Assembly: GCA_963822945.1 (NCBI GenBank)
Contig: CAWGJO010000024.1
Coordinates: forward strand, 96,001 to 160,000
Reading direction: 5' to 3'
DNA length: 64,000 nucleotides
Origin: an uncultured Gemmatimonadaceae bacterium
GTDB taxonomy: Bacteria; Gemmatimonadota; Gemmatimonadetes; Gemmatimonadales; Gemmatimonadaceae
Of this stretch, positions 8,967 through 18,206 are shown one piece after another. How positions within the stretch are numbered: position 1 is the stretch's first letter; the number at the start of each line of letters is the position of its first letter. The translations under genes and the position numbers were made by a program. The notes beneath the pieces were generated by a model. The model was not told the DNA's origin and searched no databases. It saw only the letters and a program-made list of their open reading frames with translations.

Positions 8967-10112
8967 TCAGCGCAGGTGAAACTTGAGGCCGTCGGCCAGG
9001 AACGGATCGCCAACGGGCATGTGCTCTCCCATCCGCATGGCGCGGACCACCACCAGCAGTCCGGCGGCCAGGAAGAAGAGGGCGAAGGACGCCTCGGGCC
9101 AACCCAGGTGCAGGCCTGCGCCCTGAATGGGTGAGATCAGCCAGAACACGTCCACGAATTCCATGAACAGCACCCACAGCGACACCCAGCGGAGCCGCCG
9201 CCAGTTCTGCTTGTCCTTGCGCGACATCAGCGCCAGGAACGGCACGAAGAAGTGTCCGATGCCGAGCAGGATGAACACGGACTCCATGGATCCGACCGTG
9301 CGCTGCTGGAACCAGAACACCTCTTCCGGGAGATTCGCATACCACTGCAGCAGGTACTGCGAGAACGCGATGTAGCCCCAGAAGATCGTGAATCCGAACA
9401 GCAGGCCGCCGAGGTTGTAGAGGTGATCGGCGGTCACGCCGGGGAGCCGGTCGCGCCGGTAGAGATAGATGACGACGAGCGACGTCGCGGCGATGGCCGA
9501 GGTGACCGCGCCGGCGAACAGGTAGACGCCGAAGATGTCGCTGTACCAGCCCGCTTCGAGGCTCGAGACCCAGTCGAAGGCGAACGCGGTGAGCGTGAGC
9601 GCGAGCAGGATCATGAAGATCGGCGAGTAGCGCCGGAGGCGAATCGTCGCCGTGGGGTCGCGGGTCTCGTCCTGCCGGACGGACCCGCCCACCAGGATGC
9701 GATACGACCAGACCCACAGCGCCACGCAGACGGCGAGACGCGCGATGAAGAACGGGTAGTTGAGCCACGACGTCTTGAGCGCGATGGCGGGGTTGGCCGC
9801 GGCGCCCGGCTGCGTCCAGGAGAAGCTGACGGGCAGCGAGAAGAGCGCGATCAGCGCCACGGGCACCAGCCACGGCGTCAGCGCGGCGATGCGTTCGGGG
9901 GCTCGGCGCAGCGGCACGCTCCACGTGGCGCCGGTCAGGTGCTGCAGCGCCACGATGAACAGCGCCCCGAGCGCCATGCACACCATGACGACGAACCAGA
10001 GGAGCCAGTTGGCCCAGAAGCGCGACGCGCCGTCCACCAGGTACGTGGTCACGACCCCGACGCCGCCGACGGCCAACGCGGCCCACAGGACGCTCATTCC
10101 TCGTTTGCTCAC
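8967..10112 (-). CDS. actF: Alternative complex III membrane subunit F
   Basis: Multi-TM; AFDWVSSL..WYSDIFG and YIAFSQYLLQWYANLPEE ActF motifs. GTG at 10112 overlaps the upstream stop. Confidence 0.88.
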   Translation of the reverse strand: MSKRGMSVLWAALAVGGVGVVTTYLVDGASRFWANWLLWFVVMVCMALGALFIVALQHLTGATWSVPLRRAPERIAALTPWLVPVALIALFSLPVSFSWTQPGAAANPAIALKTSWLNYPFFIARLAVCVALWVWSYRILVGGSVRQDETRDPTATIRLRRYSPIFMILLALTLTAFAFDWVSSLEAGWYSDIFGVYLFAGAVTSAIAATSLVVIYLYRRDRLPGVTADHLYNLGGLLFGFTIFWGYIAFSQYLLQWYANLPEEVFWFQQRTVGSMESVFILLGIGHFFVPFLALMSRKDKQNWRRLRWVSLWVLFMEFVDVFWLISPIQGAGLHLGWPEASFALFFLAAGLLVVVRAMRMGEHMPVGDPFLADGLKFHLR

Positions 10113-11239
10113 TTCACGTCCTCCGCGGTGGCGTTCTGCGACCGTTGCAGGGCCCGGATGTAGCGGACGATCGCCCAGCGGTCGTCCTGCGAGATGTCGG
10201 CTGCGTAGCCCGGCATGGTGCGAATGCCCTGCGAGATGACCCAGTAGAGGAACCCGTCCGCCGCCTCGCGCATGGGCGCCGACTGCAGATCGACCGGCTG
10301 GGCCTGGTAGGTGCTGTCGAGCCACGCCTTGCCCGTGCCGAGCCGGTCGTGGCAGACGGCGCAGTGGAGATCGAACATGTGCCGCCCGCGAGCCAGCACC
10401 CGCGCCGACACGGGAAGCGGGTTGGCGAGTTCCTTTCCGGCTTCCTCCGGCGTCGTGGCGAGAATGGGCATGTAGCCGCGCGCCACGGTTCCGTCCGGCG
10501 GCCGCTGCATGCCGCGCCCATTGGCGAAGAACGGATCGGCCGCCTGCGCGTCGAGCTTGGGCTGCACTTCCATGTGCACCATCGGCGGAATCGTGGGATA
10601 CGTCCGCGTGGCCCACGCCATGCCGTAACCCGCGAGGAGACACACGGCGACGATGCCCACGGTGGCGCGCACCCACGCTCCGAGGCCGGCGCGCACGCGC
10701 TCCGGTTCCGGAATGACTTCCAGCGCCTCGCCGCCCGCGCCGCGCAGTGCGGCCTTGGCGGCCTCGACGTCAAGGCGTCCCCGCACCGGCATCAGCACGA
10801 GCGCGAATCGATCGCGCGTGATGGATGCGAGCGCCTCGGTGTCGAGGATCGGGTTGCCGAAGAACGGCAGCTTGTTGAACACGAACAGCATTCCGAAGGC
10901 GGCGGTGAACGTCGAGATCAGAATCGTCGCCTCCACCATCACGAGCACCCACCCCGGCCAGCCGTTCATCGGCTTGCCTGCCGTGCGCAGCGGATAACTC
11001 ACCGTGCTCGTCCACCATTCGAACGTGAACGCGGAGACGCACGCCAGGGTGCCCATGAGGAAGACGAGCACGCCGAGCTTGGACTTGGGCAGCTCCAGGG
11101 CCTCGTCGATGCCGTGCACCGGGTACGGCGTGTACGCCTCGAGGTGGGTGAACCCGCTCGCCTTCACCTCGGGAATCGCGGCCAGCAGCGCGTCCGCGTC
11201 GCGGAACAGTCCGAGGACGCCGAACACCGAATCAGACAT
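10109..11239 (-). CDS. actDE: Alternative complex III ActD-ActE fusion (DUF3341 plus monoheme cytochrome c)
   Basis: N-terminal EAYTPYPVHG...GKP (ActD) followed in frame by FFANGRGMQRPPDGTVARG, CAVCH and MPGY (ActE). Confidence 0.85.
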   Translation of the reverse strand: MSDSVFGVLGLFRDADALLAAIPEVKASGFTHLEAYTPYPVHGIDEALELPKSKLGVLVFLMGTLACVSAFTFEWWTSTVSYPLRTAGKPMNGWPGWVLVMVEATILISTFTAAFGMLFVFNKLPFFGNPILDTEALASITRDRFALVLMPVRGRLDVEAAKAALRGAGGEALEVIPEPERVRAGLGAWVRATVGIVAVCLLAGYGMAWATRTYPTIPPMVHMEVQPKLDAQAADPFFANGRGMQRPPDGTVARGYMPILATTPEEAGKELANPLPVSARVLARGRHMFDLHCAVCHDRLGTGKAWLDSTYQAQPVDLQSAPMREAADGFLYWVISQGIRTMPGYAADISQDDRWAIVRYIRALQRSQNATAEDVK

Positions 11240-12617
11240 GGTCGGCCTCCAGTCGCTGCTTCTGGTAGTACACGATGTCGGGCTTCACTTCCCACGCCGC
11301 AATGATGGGCAGCTTGCGCAGGAACAGGAGCAGCAGCGTAAGGAAGAGGCCGATGGAGCCCAGCAGAATCGCGAAGTCGATGGGCGTCGGGAGGTAGCTG
11401 CCCCACGACGACGGCAGATAGTCGCGGTGCAGCGACAGGATGATGATGGTGTACCGCTCCATCCACATGCCCAGCGTCACGCCGGCCGACACCAGCACCA
11501 TCATCGGCACCGACCGCCGGAACTTCGGGAACCAGAGCAGCTGCGGGAGAATGCAATTGAGGGTGATGGTCAGCCAGCCCGCCCACCACTGATCGCCGAA
11601 CACGTAGTTCGCGAAGATGTACTTCACATAGGGGTCGGCGCTGTACCAGGCCGTGAACCCCTCCATCAGGTAGGCGTAGGCCATGACGCACGACAGGAAC
11701 AGGACCATCCGGTTGAGGAGGTCCATGTGCCGCGGCGTCACGTAGTGTTCGAGGTGCATGGCGGTGCGCACGAACGCGAACACCAGCACGACGCCGGCAA
11801 AGCCCGAGAAGGCGGCCCCGACCACGAAGTACGGCGGGAAGATCGTCATGTGCCAGCCGGGCACCATCGACGACGCGAAGTCCATCGAGACGATGCTGTG
11901 CACGCTGAGCGCGAGCACCGTGGTGAGGCCGGCGAGCAGCAGATAGGCCCGCTCGTACTGCAGCCAGTGGACCGCATTGCCCACCCATCCCAGGCTCAGC
12001 AGCCGGAAGACGGCCCGCTTCACCTTGCTCTTCGCCGTCGAGCGCAGCGTGGCCAGGTCGGGGATCAGCCCGAGGTACCAGAACATCAGCGACACGCTGA
12101 AGTACGTGAGCACCGCGAACACGTCCCAGATCAGCGGCGACCGGAAGTTGACCCACATGCCGCGCTGGTTCGGATACGGGATCAGCCAGTACGGCAGCCA
12201 GGGGCGGCCGACGTGGATGGCCGGGAAGATCATCGCGCACATGAACGCGAACACCGTGGTCGCCTCGGCGATGCGGCTGATGGCATTGCGCCACCGCTGG
12301 CGGAACAGATAGAGAATCACCGAGATCAGCGTGCCGGCGTGCCCGATACCGACCCAGAACACGAAGTTGATGATCAGGAATCCCCAGACCACCGGCACGT
12401 TGTTGCCCATCACGCCGATGCCCGTGTAGAGCATGTAGCCGATGGCCGAGAAGCCGACCAGCGCCACCAGACTGGTGATCGTGATGGCGACGTACCACGA
12501 GCGTGGCGGCGCCTTCTCGCTCCACGTGCGAACGGTGTCGTCGAGGCCGCCGAGCGAGACGTCGCCTTCGACGAGGGGCGCGATGCGCAGCGCGGCGGGA
12601 AGCGTGGCGTCAGTCAT
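11232..12617 (-). CDS. actC: Alternative complex III quinol-binding subunit C (NrfD/PsrC family)
   Basis: FVFWVGIGHAGTLIS, IHVGRPW, NFRSPLIWDVFAV, SVHSIVSMDFA motifs. Confidence 0.93.
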   Translation of the reverse strand: MTDATLPAALRIAPLVEGDVSLGGLDDTVRTWSEKAPPRSWYVAITITSLVALVGFSAIGYMLYTGIGVMGNNVPVVWGFLIINFVFWVGIGHAGTLISVILYLFRQRWRNAISRIAEATTVFAFMCAMIFPAIHVGRPWLPYWLIPYPNQRGMWVNFRSPLIWDVFAVLTYFSVSLMFWYLGLIPDLATLRSTAKSKVKRAVFRLLSLGWVGNAVHWLQYERAYLLLAGLTTVLALSVHSIVSMDFASSMVPGWHMTIFPPYFVVGAAFSGFAGVVLVFAFVRTAMHLEHYVTPRHMDLLNRMVLFLSCVMAYAYLMEGFTAWYSADPYVKYIFANYVFGDQWWAGWLTITLNCILPQLLWFPKFRRSVPMMVLVSAGVTLGMWMERYTIIILSLHRDYLPSSWGSYLPTPIDFAILLGSIGLFLTLLLLFLRKLPIIAAWEVKPDIVYYQKQRLEADHV

Positions 12618-15572
12618 CGACCCGCCCCGCGGGCACGCCCGCCGGATTCTTCAATTCCGCCATGTAGGTGATCGCGGGACGCGTGCCCAACTCGCGGAGC
12701 ACTTTGAAGCCGCGGTCGCTCTGCGAGAGCTTCGCCACCCGGCTATTCAGGTCCTTGAGGTCGCCGAACACGATGGCATTGGCCGGGCACGCCGCCGCGC
12801 AGGCGGGGGTGATGTCCCCGTCGGCCACCGGCCGTCCCTCGTCCTTGGCCACCTGGACGCCGTTCCGGATGCGCTGCACGCAGAAGGTGCACTTCTCCAT
12901 CACGCCCCGCGGCCGCACGGTGACTTCGGGATTGAATGCGAGATCCAATGGATCCGTCATCGAACTCGTCAGGTCGAAGAAGTTGAACCGGCGCACCATG
13001 TACGGGCAGTTGGCCGCGCAGTAGCGCACGCCGATACAGCGGTTGTACATCTGCTCGTTGAGGCCGTCGTCGCTGTGCACGGTGGCGGCCACCGGACAGA
13101 CCGGCTCGCACGGCGCGTCGTCGCATTGCTGGCAGAGCATCGGCTCGTGCGCCACCTGCGGATTGTCCTCGGGGCCCACGTAGTACACGTCGTTGCGGAG
13201 CCAGTGCATGATCCGCCCGCGCGCTACCTGCTCGGGACCGACCACGGGGATGTTGTTCTCCGACTGGCAGGCGATCTGACATCCGCCGCATCCGACGCAG
13301 GACGAGAGATCGATGACCATGGCCCACTTGTGGTTGGGCCACTCCTGGTCCTTGTTGAGGGTGGCCAGGGCCTTCTCGTCCATGATCGGTTCGGCCTGCT
13401 TGGCGTAGTCGGCCAGCGACCAGAGGCGCACGATCTCGCGGTCGTGCAGCGAGAATTCCAGTTGGCTGCGGACCAGCGGCTGCTGCCCGCCGGTCTTCAC
13501 CAGGCGAACGTCCGCTCGCCGGAAGGGCGTCGACCCGTCGTCGGCGACGAGCGGGAAGAGGTTGACGCCCCGCCCTTCGGCCACCCCGCCGGCGCGTCCG
13601 AAGCCGAGCGCGGCGAAGACGGCTCCCGCCGCCTGCCCCGGCTGTACGAGCACGGGCAGCGTCACGGTCGCGCGAACCCGCCGTGACGGCGACGAGATCG
13701 CCGTCCGAGAGATTTCGCTGCTTCGCGTCGGCCCCCGACATTGCCAGGTAGTTGCCCCAGCTCACCTTGGTCACCGGTTCCGGCAGTTCCTGCAGCCAGC
13801 CGATGTTGGCATAACGGCCGTCCCAGAGGCGGATGTCGGGGGCCATCAGCAGTTCGACACCGGTGGACGCCGCGGCGCCGGCAACCTGCCGGGCGGCGTC
13901 GGCCACCGCGTCCACGCGGAGCGTCCGGGGTGAGCGCGGCGCCGCGGTCGCGGCGGAGCACGCCGTCATGCACCGCCGTCACCCAGAACTTCTGGAAGCT
14001 CGCCAGCGTGCCTTTCGGGTAGACTTTCGTTTCCCAGCGCATCATCAGATAGGCGCGGTAGTCGGTGGTCACCCGGCCCCCCAGCGCCTTGGCCCAGCGG
14101 AGAAGGATCTCGTCGCCCTGGCGCGTGTCGTACAGCGGCCGGATCAGCGGCTGCTGGACGCTCAACAGATCGAGCGACGGCTCGAAGTCGTTCCAGCTCT
14201 CGAGCCAATGATTGACGGGCAGCACGGCGTCGCAGCGGCCGGCGGTCTCATCGGCCTGCAGCCCGAGGCGGATCTTCAGCGGCACCTTCTCGAGCGCGGC
14301 ATCGAACGCGCGGCCGTCGGACATCGCATAGGTCGGATTGACGTCCCAGAGGATGGCCGCCGCGTACGTGCCCGATGCGAGATCGTGCGTGAGCTGCGCC
14401 ATCTCAGCCGGCGTCGCCAGGGCCGGCGTCTCGACGGCGAACGTCGCATCCACCGTATGTCCCTCGGCGCCGAGCATCGTGTTGAGCAGCGCCACCGCGG
14501 CGTGCGCTTCGACCGGCAGCGACGGACCGGCAAGCACGAGGCTCTGCGGGCCCGCCGCAGCGAGGTCGTCCACGAGCGCGGTGAGGGCGGCGGCATCGAC
14601 GCCGTAGCGTTTCGCCACGGCCGGGATGGCGAACGGTGCGAGCACGGCGGCGGGCAAGCCGGCCGGAAGGGCGCGTCCGTGCCTGGTGTGCAGCGCGTTG
14701 GCGACCGCGAAGGCGATGGGCGCCGCCCCGGAGGGCCGGACCGGCATGCGCACGTCCGCCTTGCTCCCGGTGAGGCTCATGCCGCTCTCGATCGCGTACA
14801 GGCGGTTCATGGGGTCGCCGGGCTTGGCCGGGCGGCGATTCTTCGCAAATCCCGCAATCGAGGCGACCGCGTTCCCCATCGTCCCGAGGAAGTCGGCGTC
14901 GAACGCCGCGATCACCGTGGCCCGCTCCACGCGATAGCGCGGCGTGACGGACGGCTCGTAGAGGGACGCGACCGTCCGGTCGGCGAGGGCGAGCGCCGGT
15001 TCCCACGCGACGTGCCGGAGCCCGGGGAGCACACGCCGGAGATCCGCGATCACGGCCTGTCGCGTCGGTGAGATCACGGCCGGCGTGAGGAGAAGCACGG
15101 GCTTGCCGCCGGACGCGGCGGCCTTGAGGGCGGGTACGATCCTGGCATCCGCCGCATCCCAGGTGGCCGGCTTCCCGGCCACCAGAGGAGCGCGCAGGCG
15201 TTCGGGATCGTAAAGGTCGAGGATCTCCGCCTGCGCCCGGATCGACGTCTTGCCCTGGAACACCGGGTGTTCGTCGTTGCCGTCAATGTGGATGGGCCGC
15301 CCCTCGCGCGCCTTCACGAGCACGCCGTACGCCACCAGCCCCTCCTGATAGGTGCTGGCGTAGTGGTTGGCCACGCCGGGGATGACGTCGTCCGGCTTCC
15401 TGGTATACGGCACGATCGTGTCCGCCGGCGGCGCCTCGCATGCGGCGGTGGCGGCCAGTGCCGCCGACGCGCCCACGAGTCCCAGAAACCGACGGCGCGA
15501 CACCAGGTCGCCCGCAGCGGGGGGTGTCGGCGGCTGACGAAGGTCCGCTTCGGTTACGCGTCGGTCAGCCAT
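12610..15572 (-). CDS. actB: Alternative complex III subunit B (Tat-exported molybdopterin-like domain plus Fe-S domain), frameshifts near 13945 and 13670
   Basis: SRRRFL Tat signal, REGRPIHIDGNDEHP; DGRYANIGWLQELPEP in a second frame; four Cys groups in a third frame, including 3Fe-4S-type CIGVRYC. Confidence 0.88.
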
Positions 15573-15774
15573 GGCGCTTCACCGAGTGGGGCGCGGGCTG
15601 GACGCGGCGCGCGGGGGCCTTAAGTCCCCGGGAAACGCGCGACGCCGTTCCCCGCGGCAGGATTCGCCGGAGCACCGACGCGCTCAGCATCAGCGCTCCG
15701 AAGGCGGCGGCCATCTGCGCGAGCGTCTGGCGACGACTCTGTACCTGCATCTCGTGGCTCCTGAGTCCGTTCAT
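15565..15774 (-). CDS. Small (69 aa) hypothetical protein with twin-arginine-like motif between actA and actB
   Basis: ATG overlaps the actA TGA and the stop overlaps the actB start. SRRQTL followed by a hydrophobic helix. Confidence 0.6.
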   Translation of the reverse strand: MNGLRSHEMQVQSRRQTLAQMAAAFGALMLSASVLRRILPRGTASRVSRGLKAPARRVQPAPHSVKRHG

Positions 15775-16394
15775 CGGTGGCATGCCGTGCAGTCCGTGGG
15801 GCCGCGCAGCGCCGACGAATCCGGCGGCAGATACGGGCCCGGATTCCGGTGGCAGTCCAGGCACTTGCCCATGCGCATGTTCATCACGCGGGACACCACG
15901 TCCATCGTCTGGACGGCCCCGTGGCACGTCTGGCACTCGATGCCGACGTTCACGTGCGACCGGTGATCGAAGTACACGTGATCGGGAAGGTGATAGACCC
16001 GCTTCCACGTCATCGCGGTATCCGTGGCCAATCGCGCCACGACTTGTGTGTTGATATAGGTGCTGTCGGCCATGGTGATGAACCGGTGACAGTTCATGCA
16101 CGTCTGGACAGCGGGGATGGTGGCGTGCCGGCTGCGGTCCGCATTCGTGTGGCAGTACTCGCAGGGAATGCGGTTCAGCCCCGAGTGCACGCGGTGGGAG
16201 AATGGGATGGGTTGCACCGGCGCGTAGCCAAGGGCAAACCGCGCGGGCTCGGCGGCCCAGCCGACGACCAGCATCGTCGCGATGGCCAGCACCGCTCCCA
16301 ATGGAAACACGACACGCCAGAAACGATCACGCGGATGCACCCGCAGCCCCCGAAGCAAAGCGTCAGCCAATCGCTCCACCATTGACTGCGTCAT
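15771..16394 (-). CDS. actA: Alternative complex III subunit A, pentaheme cytochrome c
   Basis: TM helix, GYAPVQPIPFSHRVH, five CxxCH (CEYCH, CMNCH, CQTCH, CLDCH, CTACH). Confidence 0.92.
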   Translation of the reverse strand: MTQSMVERLADALLRGLRVHPRDRFWRVVFPLGAVLAIATMLVVGWAAEPARFALGYAPVQPIPFSHRVHSGLNRIPCEYCHTNADRSRHATIPAVQTCMNCHRFITMADSTYINTQVVARLATDTAMTWKRVYHLPDHVYFDHRSHVNVGIECQTCHGAVQTMDVVSRVMNMRMGKCLDCHRNPGPYLPPDSSALRGPTDCTACHR

Positions 16395-16458
16395 TGCGAG
16401 GCCTCTGAGGAGGGAAACGGGTGGGGGGGCCGCCCGTGCAATGTCGCGAGCCAATTGA

Positions 16459-16566
16459 TTGACACGTCATTTGTAGACGCGTTCACACTATGCCACCGCG
16501 ACGCACGCGTGCGCCGTCGGAGATTCACCGCGTCACTGTCAGGTGGTGCCTGACGGTATCGTCAGG
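16459..16566. promoter_or_regulatory. Regulatory region upstream of act operon: TGAC-N2-GTCA palindrome, Rex-like box and further TGAC/GTCA inverted repeats
   Basis: TTGACACGTCAT 16459-16470; TTGTAGA-CGCG-TTCACAC 16471-16488; CCTGACG-GTAT-CGTCAGG 16549-16566. Confidence 0.45.
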
Positions 16567-16626
16567 GGTCTTGCGCGCTGCGGAATCACCACGAGTCGTC
16601 TCGGCTTTCCCGCGCCGGATGTACGA

Positions 16627-16653
16627 AGACCCGCCGCGCGGCGCGACGGGTCT
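16627..16653 (-). terminator. Probable intrinsic terminator/hairpin after the rnf operon
   Basis: Minus strand AGACCCGTCGCGC...GCGCGGCGGGTCT inverted repeat with one G-U pair; weak U tract. Confidence 0.5.
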
Positions 16654-16704
16654 CCTATGGGTAAACGCTGATATGGGCCGCCGGGCGCCGGGCGGCCACG
16701 CCGG

Positions 16705-17061
16705 TCAGTCTACCGGCTCGGCGTGGTCGAGGCGCCAACGGGCCGGTGTGCCGCATTCGGTGCACGCGGCGTGTCCGTCGCCGTACAACACCAGGTCGGT
16801 CTCGCGATCGCAGGCCGGACAGGTCGCCCGCACGGTACGGAGTCCGTCCACCGGCAGCCCGTTGCGCACGATCCGCGCGACCATCGCATCGGGGCCCACG
16901 GCCCCGAGCGGGCAGAGGGCCCCGGTGCACTGGTCGCCCACCTCGAGACACACGACCTCGGAATCCAGCAGCGTCGCCTGCCCGTCGTGCTCCGGCGCGT
17001 CGGTGATGACGAGATTCACTTCGCGCTCGCAGGCGTTGCAGAACAGCCGGTGGCTCTTCAT
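16705..17061 (-). CDS. Cys-rich hypothetical protein (putative Zn/Fe-binding), last gene of the rnf operon
   Basis: CNAC, C-x6-C-x4-C, CPAC, CTEC; GAGGAGG RBS. Confidence 0.8.
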   Translation of the reverse strand: MKSHRLFCNACEREVNLVITDAPEHDGQATLLDSEVVCLEVGDQCTGALCPLGAVGPDAMVARIVRNGLPVDGLRTVRATCPACDRETDLVLYGDGHAACTECGTPARWRLDHAEPVD

Positions 17062-17071
17062 ACCGCCCTCC

Positions 17072-18067
17072 TCAGGTCAACGGAATCGCTTCGGCTCCAG
17101 GGATCATGCGGCGGGCCAACGTGGTGGCGGCGGCGTGCGACAACCCGAACCCGGAGGTCGACGCCGCGTCGGCGTCGATGGCCCGGTCGCCGAGAATGGT
17201 GAGACTGTGGATCGGCGTCAGGCGCGGCGCCGCGGTGACGGGGTCCATCAGGTGGTGATACCGATGGCCGCGCCAGCGGAAGAAGCGCTCGTAGTCGCCC
17301 GAGGTCGTCACGGCGCGGTCCGCCACGTCGAGGGTCGCCGACAGTGCCGAGAGGTCGCGTGGATTGCGGATGCCCACCTTCCACGGCTCGCCCTCCGGCG
17401 AATGGCCGAGCGCGTACAGATCGCCACCAACGGTGACGATGGCATGCGCGATCCCGCGATCGCGCAGGGCGGCGGTGGCGCGATCGATGCCGTAGCCCTT
17501 GGCGATCGCTCCCAGGTCGAGATGGATGTCGCGGTCGTCGTAGCGCAACGCCGGCGCGCCATGGAAGGTCGCGAGGTCCACCTTGCGCCAGAATCCGCGA
17601 TTGGCGAGCCGCTTGACCTGCGTGGCCGGCGGCGGTTCGTGGCGGTGCAGCACGTCCCAGAGTTCCGACACCTCGCCCGCCGCCGGATCGAACCGGCCGT
17701 CGCTGGCCGACGCCCAATCGAGGGCCCGCCGCACGACGAGCGCCGTCTCCGGTCGGATGGTGACGCCTTCACGGGCCGCGCCGAGGTTGGCCCGCCCGAT
17801 GTCGGAGGTCGCGGTGAACCGGGTCATCGTGCGCTCGACCCATCGCAGCTCGGCGATCGCCGCGTCGATGGCGGCTTCGGCGCGGTGCACGTCGCCGTGG
17901 GCGACCTGGATCTCGGCGATGGTGCCCATCACCGGAATGGTCCGCTTGGTGGTTGCGATGCGGCGCCGGAAGGCGATGGGCAGCGAGAGCCCGACGAACA
18001 TACCGGTGCCGATGGTCAGGAATTCGCGCCGACCCAGCTTCGAGCGCGACTCGGGGTCAAGAGGCAT
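17072..18067 (-). CDS. apbE: FAD:protein FMN transferase (flavinylates RnfG/RnfD), Tat signal
   Basis: RREFL, MGT, DLGAIAKGY, GGD, TSGDYER, YHHLMDP, ADAAST. Confidence 0.93.
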   Translation of the reverse strand: MPLDPESRSKLGRREFLTIGTGMFVGLSLPIAFRRRIATTKRTIPVMGTIAEIQVAHGDVHRAEAAIDAAIAELRWVERTMTRFTATSDIGRANLGAAREGVTIRPETALVVRRALDWASASDGRFDPAAGEVSELWDVLHRHEPPPATQVKRLANRGFWRKVDLATFHGAPALRYDDRDIHLDLGAIAKGYGIDRATAALRDRGIAHAIVTVGGDLYALGHSPEGEPWKVGIRNPRDLSALSATLDVADRAVTTSGDYERFFRWRGHRYHHLMDPVTAAPRLTPIHSLTILGDRAIDADAASTSGFGLSHAAATTLARRMIPGAEAIPLT

Positions 18068-18206
18068 GATGATCTCCTTCGTTCCAGCGCTCGCACGAGC
18101 CGCCGGTACAACCTGTGCAGTGGCCGGTGCAGCTGCGATGCGGAACCAGGCCGTAGAGGGCGAACAGGGCCGCCCCGATCACGATGGCGATGATGGTCCC
18201 TGTCAT
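18057..18206 (-). CDS. 49-aa Cys-rich membrane microprotein (resembles FeoB-associated Cys-rich protein / NqrM-like accessory)
   Basis: MTGTIIAIVIGAALFALYGLVPHRSCTGHCTGCTGGSCERW...; ATGA overlap with the rnfA stop; 3' end overlaps apbE. Confidence 0.7.
   Translation of the reverse strand: MTGTIIAIVIGAALFALYGLVPHRSCTGHCTGCTGGSCERWNEGDHHAS

Noticed and set aside
13660..13970. Natural ActB1/ActB2 split
   Set aside because: The conserved DGRYAN..WLQE segment lies in a third frame between the two ORFs, and the breaks are not at the Fe-S domain boundary, which fits two indels.
12610..15572. Catalytic molybdoenzyme (polysulfide or tetrathionate reductase)
   Set aside because: No N-terminal Fe-S Cys motif, and the ActA/C/D/E/F context identifies non-catalytic ActB.
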